DNA from: Perkinsus olseni
Taxonomy: Eukaryota
Length of the DNA stretch: 64,000 bases
Assembly (NCBI GenBank): GCA_013115125.1
Contig: JABANN010000079.1
Location: forward strand, 1 to 64,000
Direction: 5' to 3'
Shown: positions 62,489 to 64,000 of the stretch, piece by piece
Position numbering within the stretch: the stretch's first letter is position 1
Layout: the number at the start of each line of letters is the position of its first letter
The notes under the pieces: model-generated
Told to the model about the DNA's origin: nothing
Seen by the model: the letters and a program-made list of their open reading frames with translations, nothing else
Database searches by the model: none
Translations under genes and position numbers: made by a program

Positions 62489-64000
62489 ATGCTGCATGGC
62501 CAATCATTAGCGAATACGCCGCCAAGTGGGTGTCATCGTCAGCCGGGCTTTTCGGAGGACAGTGGTAATATTTCTCATCGATTTGCACGATCACCACCAC
62601 TGCACGATCGTGTCCACGCACGACCACCTCAACAGGAGCATTGTGCCTTTTCGTCCGAAAATTCCAGTCGGAGCCATCTGGCGTGGTGCACTTTGGCACT
62701 TTCTCGTCACCTCGACCCTCTCAGATGATGATTCTTGCTCCTACGACTGCGGCTGGATTGCGTGGTACTGCAGCTTGAAGGTAGTCCGTCACCACGATGG
62801 CTGATCCCAGGGTGTCTTCCTGTCATAGGGCCATGAGATGTTCTCAGAGGTCGACGAGGACTACATTCGAGATGCTTTCAATCTCTACGGCCTCCGCGCC
62901 AAAGTCCAGGTCAGCAGCAGGAGCCATTGTCTTCGGGTTAGTACTGAGTGTTCTCATCAGTTCTATGACCATGCATTGGAAATGATACTCAGCGACGAGC
63001 GGCCAGATGAAGAGGACCTGGCGGACAACGTGAGTTCACGATTGAAAACAGAGGTGGGGTTTTTGTTGTAGTTGACGAGCATCGTCTTAGGATTTTCTGG
63101 AGATTTACCGGGAGGCTGTTGACTTGTACGGTCTCATACATGCACGATATTGTCTAACTCCGAGGGGATTGTCCGTAGTGAAAGAGAAGTACCTGAGAGG
63201 TAGGGCAGGCGGAGCGATGCAGCCGCTGATGAGTCTGAGAGCCTTCATCAGGGGACTACGGCACTTGTCCGCGAGTCTATTGCAACGGCCAGCATGTACT
63301 GCCAACGGGAAGGGTGGGAGAGGAGCTCAGGGTTGAGCCTGTGAAAGTAATGCAATTTCGTGGCGCGCGGTAGTCCTCCTTCTCTATACCGTGCTGCTTC
63401 AGTTGTACTGTCCCAAATGCGAGCAACTGTACGTCCCTCGGCAGAAGCATGCTCACCTTGATGGTGCCTACTTCGGCGCGTCCCTTCCTAGCTTGTTCTT
63501 CCAGGTGAGCTCGACACTCATCATCACTCCCGCGCAGGAATGCGTCCGTTATTGTTTCTCGCGTGCCCTAGGAGTAGGGGTCATGCTTTCCTCCAATAAG
63601 TTTTCGCCGCTCTTCTCAACCTTGATGTGTTCTACTCAGACCTTCCCTAAGTTGATACCAGCGGAAGTTCCTGTGTATTTCGAACCTCGTGTGTTCGGGT
63701 TCAAGGTTCATAACAGACCGTACGTGATGCGCCATCATCATCAGTCCACCGACGTAGTGGAAAGGATGCCGTTCGTCTCAGATCTGTCGTGCTAAAAAAG
63801 CTACAGAACGACGTTGCCAAGGGAGCCTCATATATAGACTTTCATGGCTGCAGCAACGCCGCTGGTAGGACCACGGATGGGTTACTGATGATCAATCGTG
63901 GCGGCAAGAGCTATGATACCAACCGTTGCAGAACTTGTCACGTTGGCTGCGAGTGTGCCCATCTGTCTCACAGGCCCTTACCCCTTCCCGATAGACCCCT
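62489..64000 (+). CDS. CSNK2B: Casein kinase II regulatory beta subunit; start approximate, runs off the right edge
   Basis: [72 protein letters not shown]. Confidence 0.95.

Noticed and set aside
61840-62699. Two minus-strand ORFs both beginning MPKCT
   Set aside because: Similarity stops after five residues, one start is GTG, and they overlap HCCS and CK2-beta on the opposite strand. Likely coincidence.

Overview
This is gene-dense eukaryotic (protist) DNA with many short (about 45-60 bp) GT-AG introns. Gene content and intron style suggest an alveolate, probably Perkinsus (inference). The ORF track is fragmentary because of introns, so the gene models were pieced together by eye and their boundaries are approximate. 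Genes in order: giant HUWE1/TOM1/UPL1-type HECT E3 ligase (minus, runs off the left edge); PPR-TGM (PPR repeats fused to a TrmB-like tRNA m7G methyltransferase); syntaxin; a long coiled-coil protein; a tandem duplication with two disrupted copies of an intronless secreted-protein gene; DHHC palmitoyltransferase; a CNBD-type K+ channel followed by an ankyrin-repeat region; phospholipase B-like protein; HAD-fold protein; holocytochrome c synthase; casein kinase II beta (runs off the right edge). Mobile or structured DNA: a Tc1/mariner-type MITE (TA TSD), a hAT-type MITE (8-bp TSD), a foldback element, a probable non-LTR retrotransposon relic, and back-to-back palindromes. The most unusual signals are two short motifs dispersed in both orientations, mostly inside introns: (GTCAC)GCGCCACGAAATT and a tRNA B-box-like GGTTCGANYCC. 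Both occur far above chance. They are either an undescribed cis-element system or an assembly/polishing artefact.
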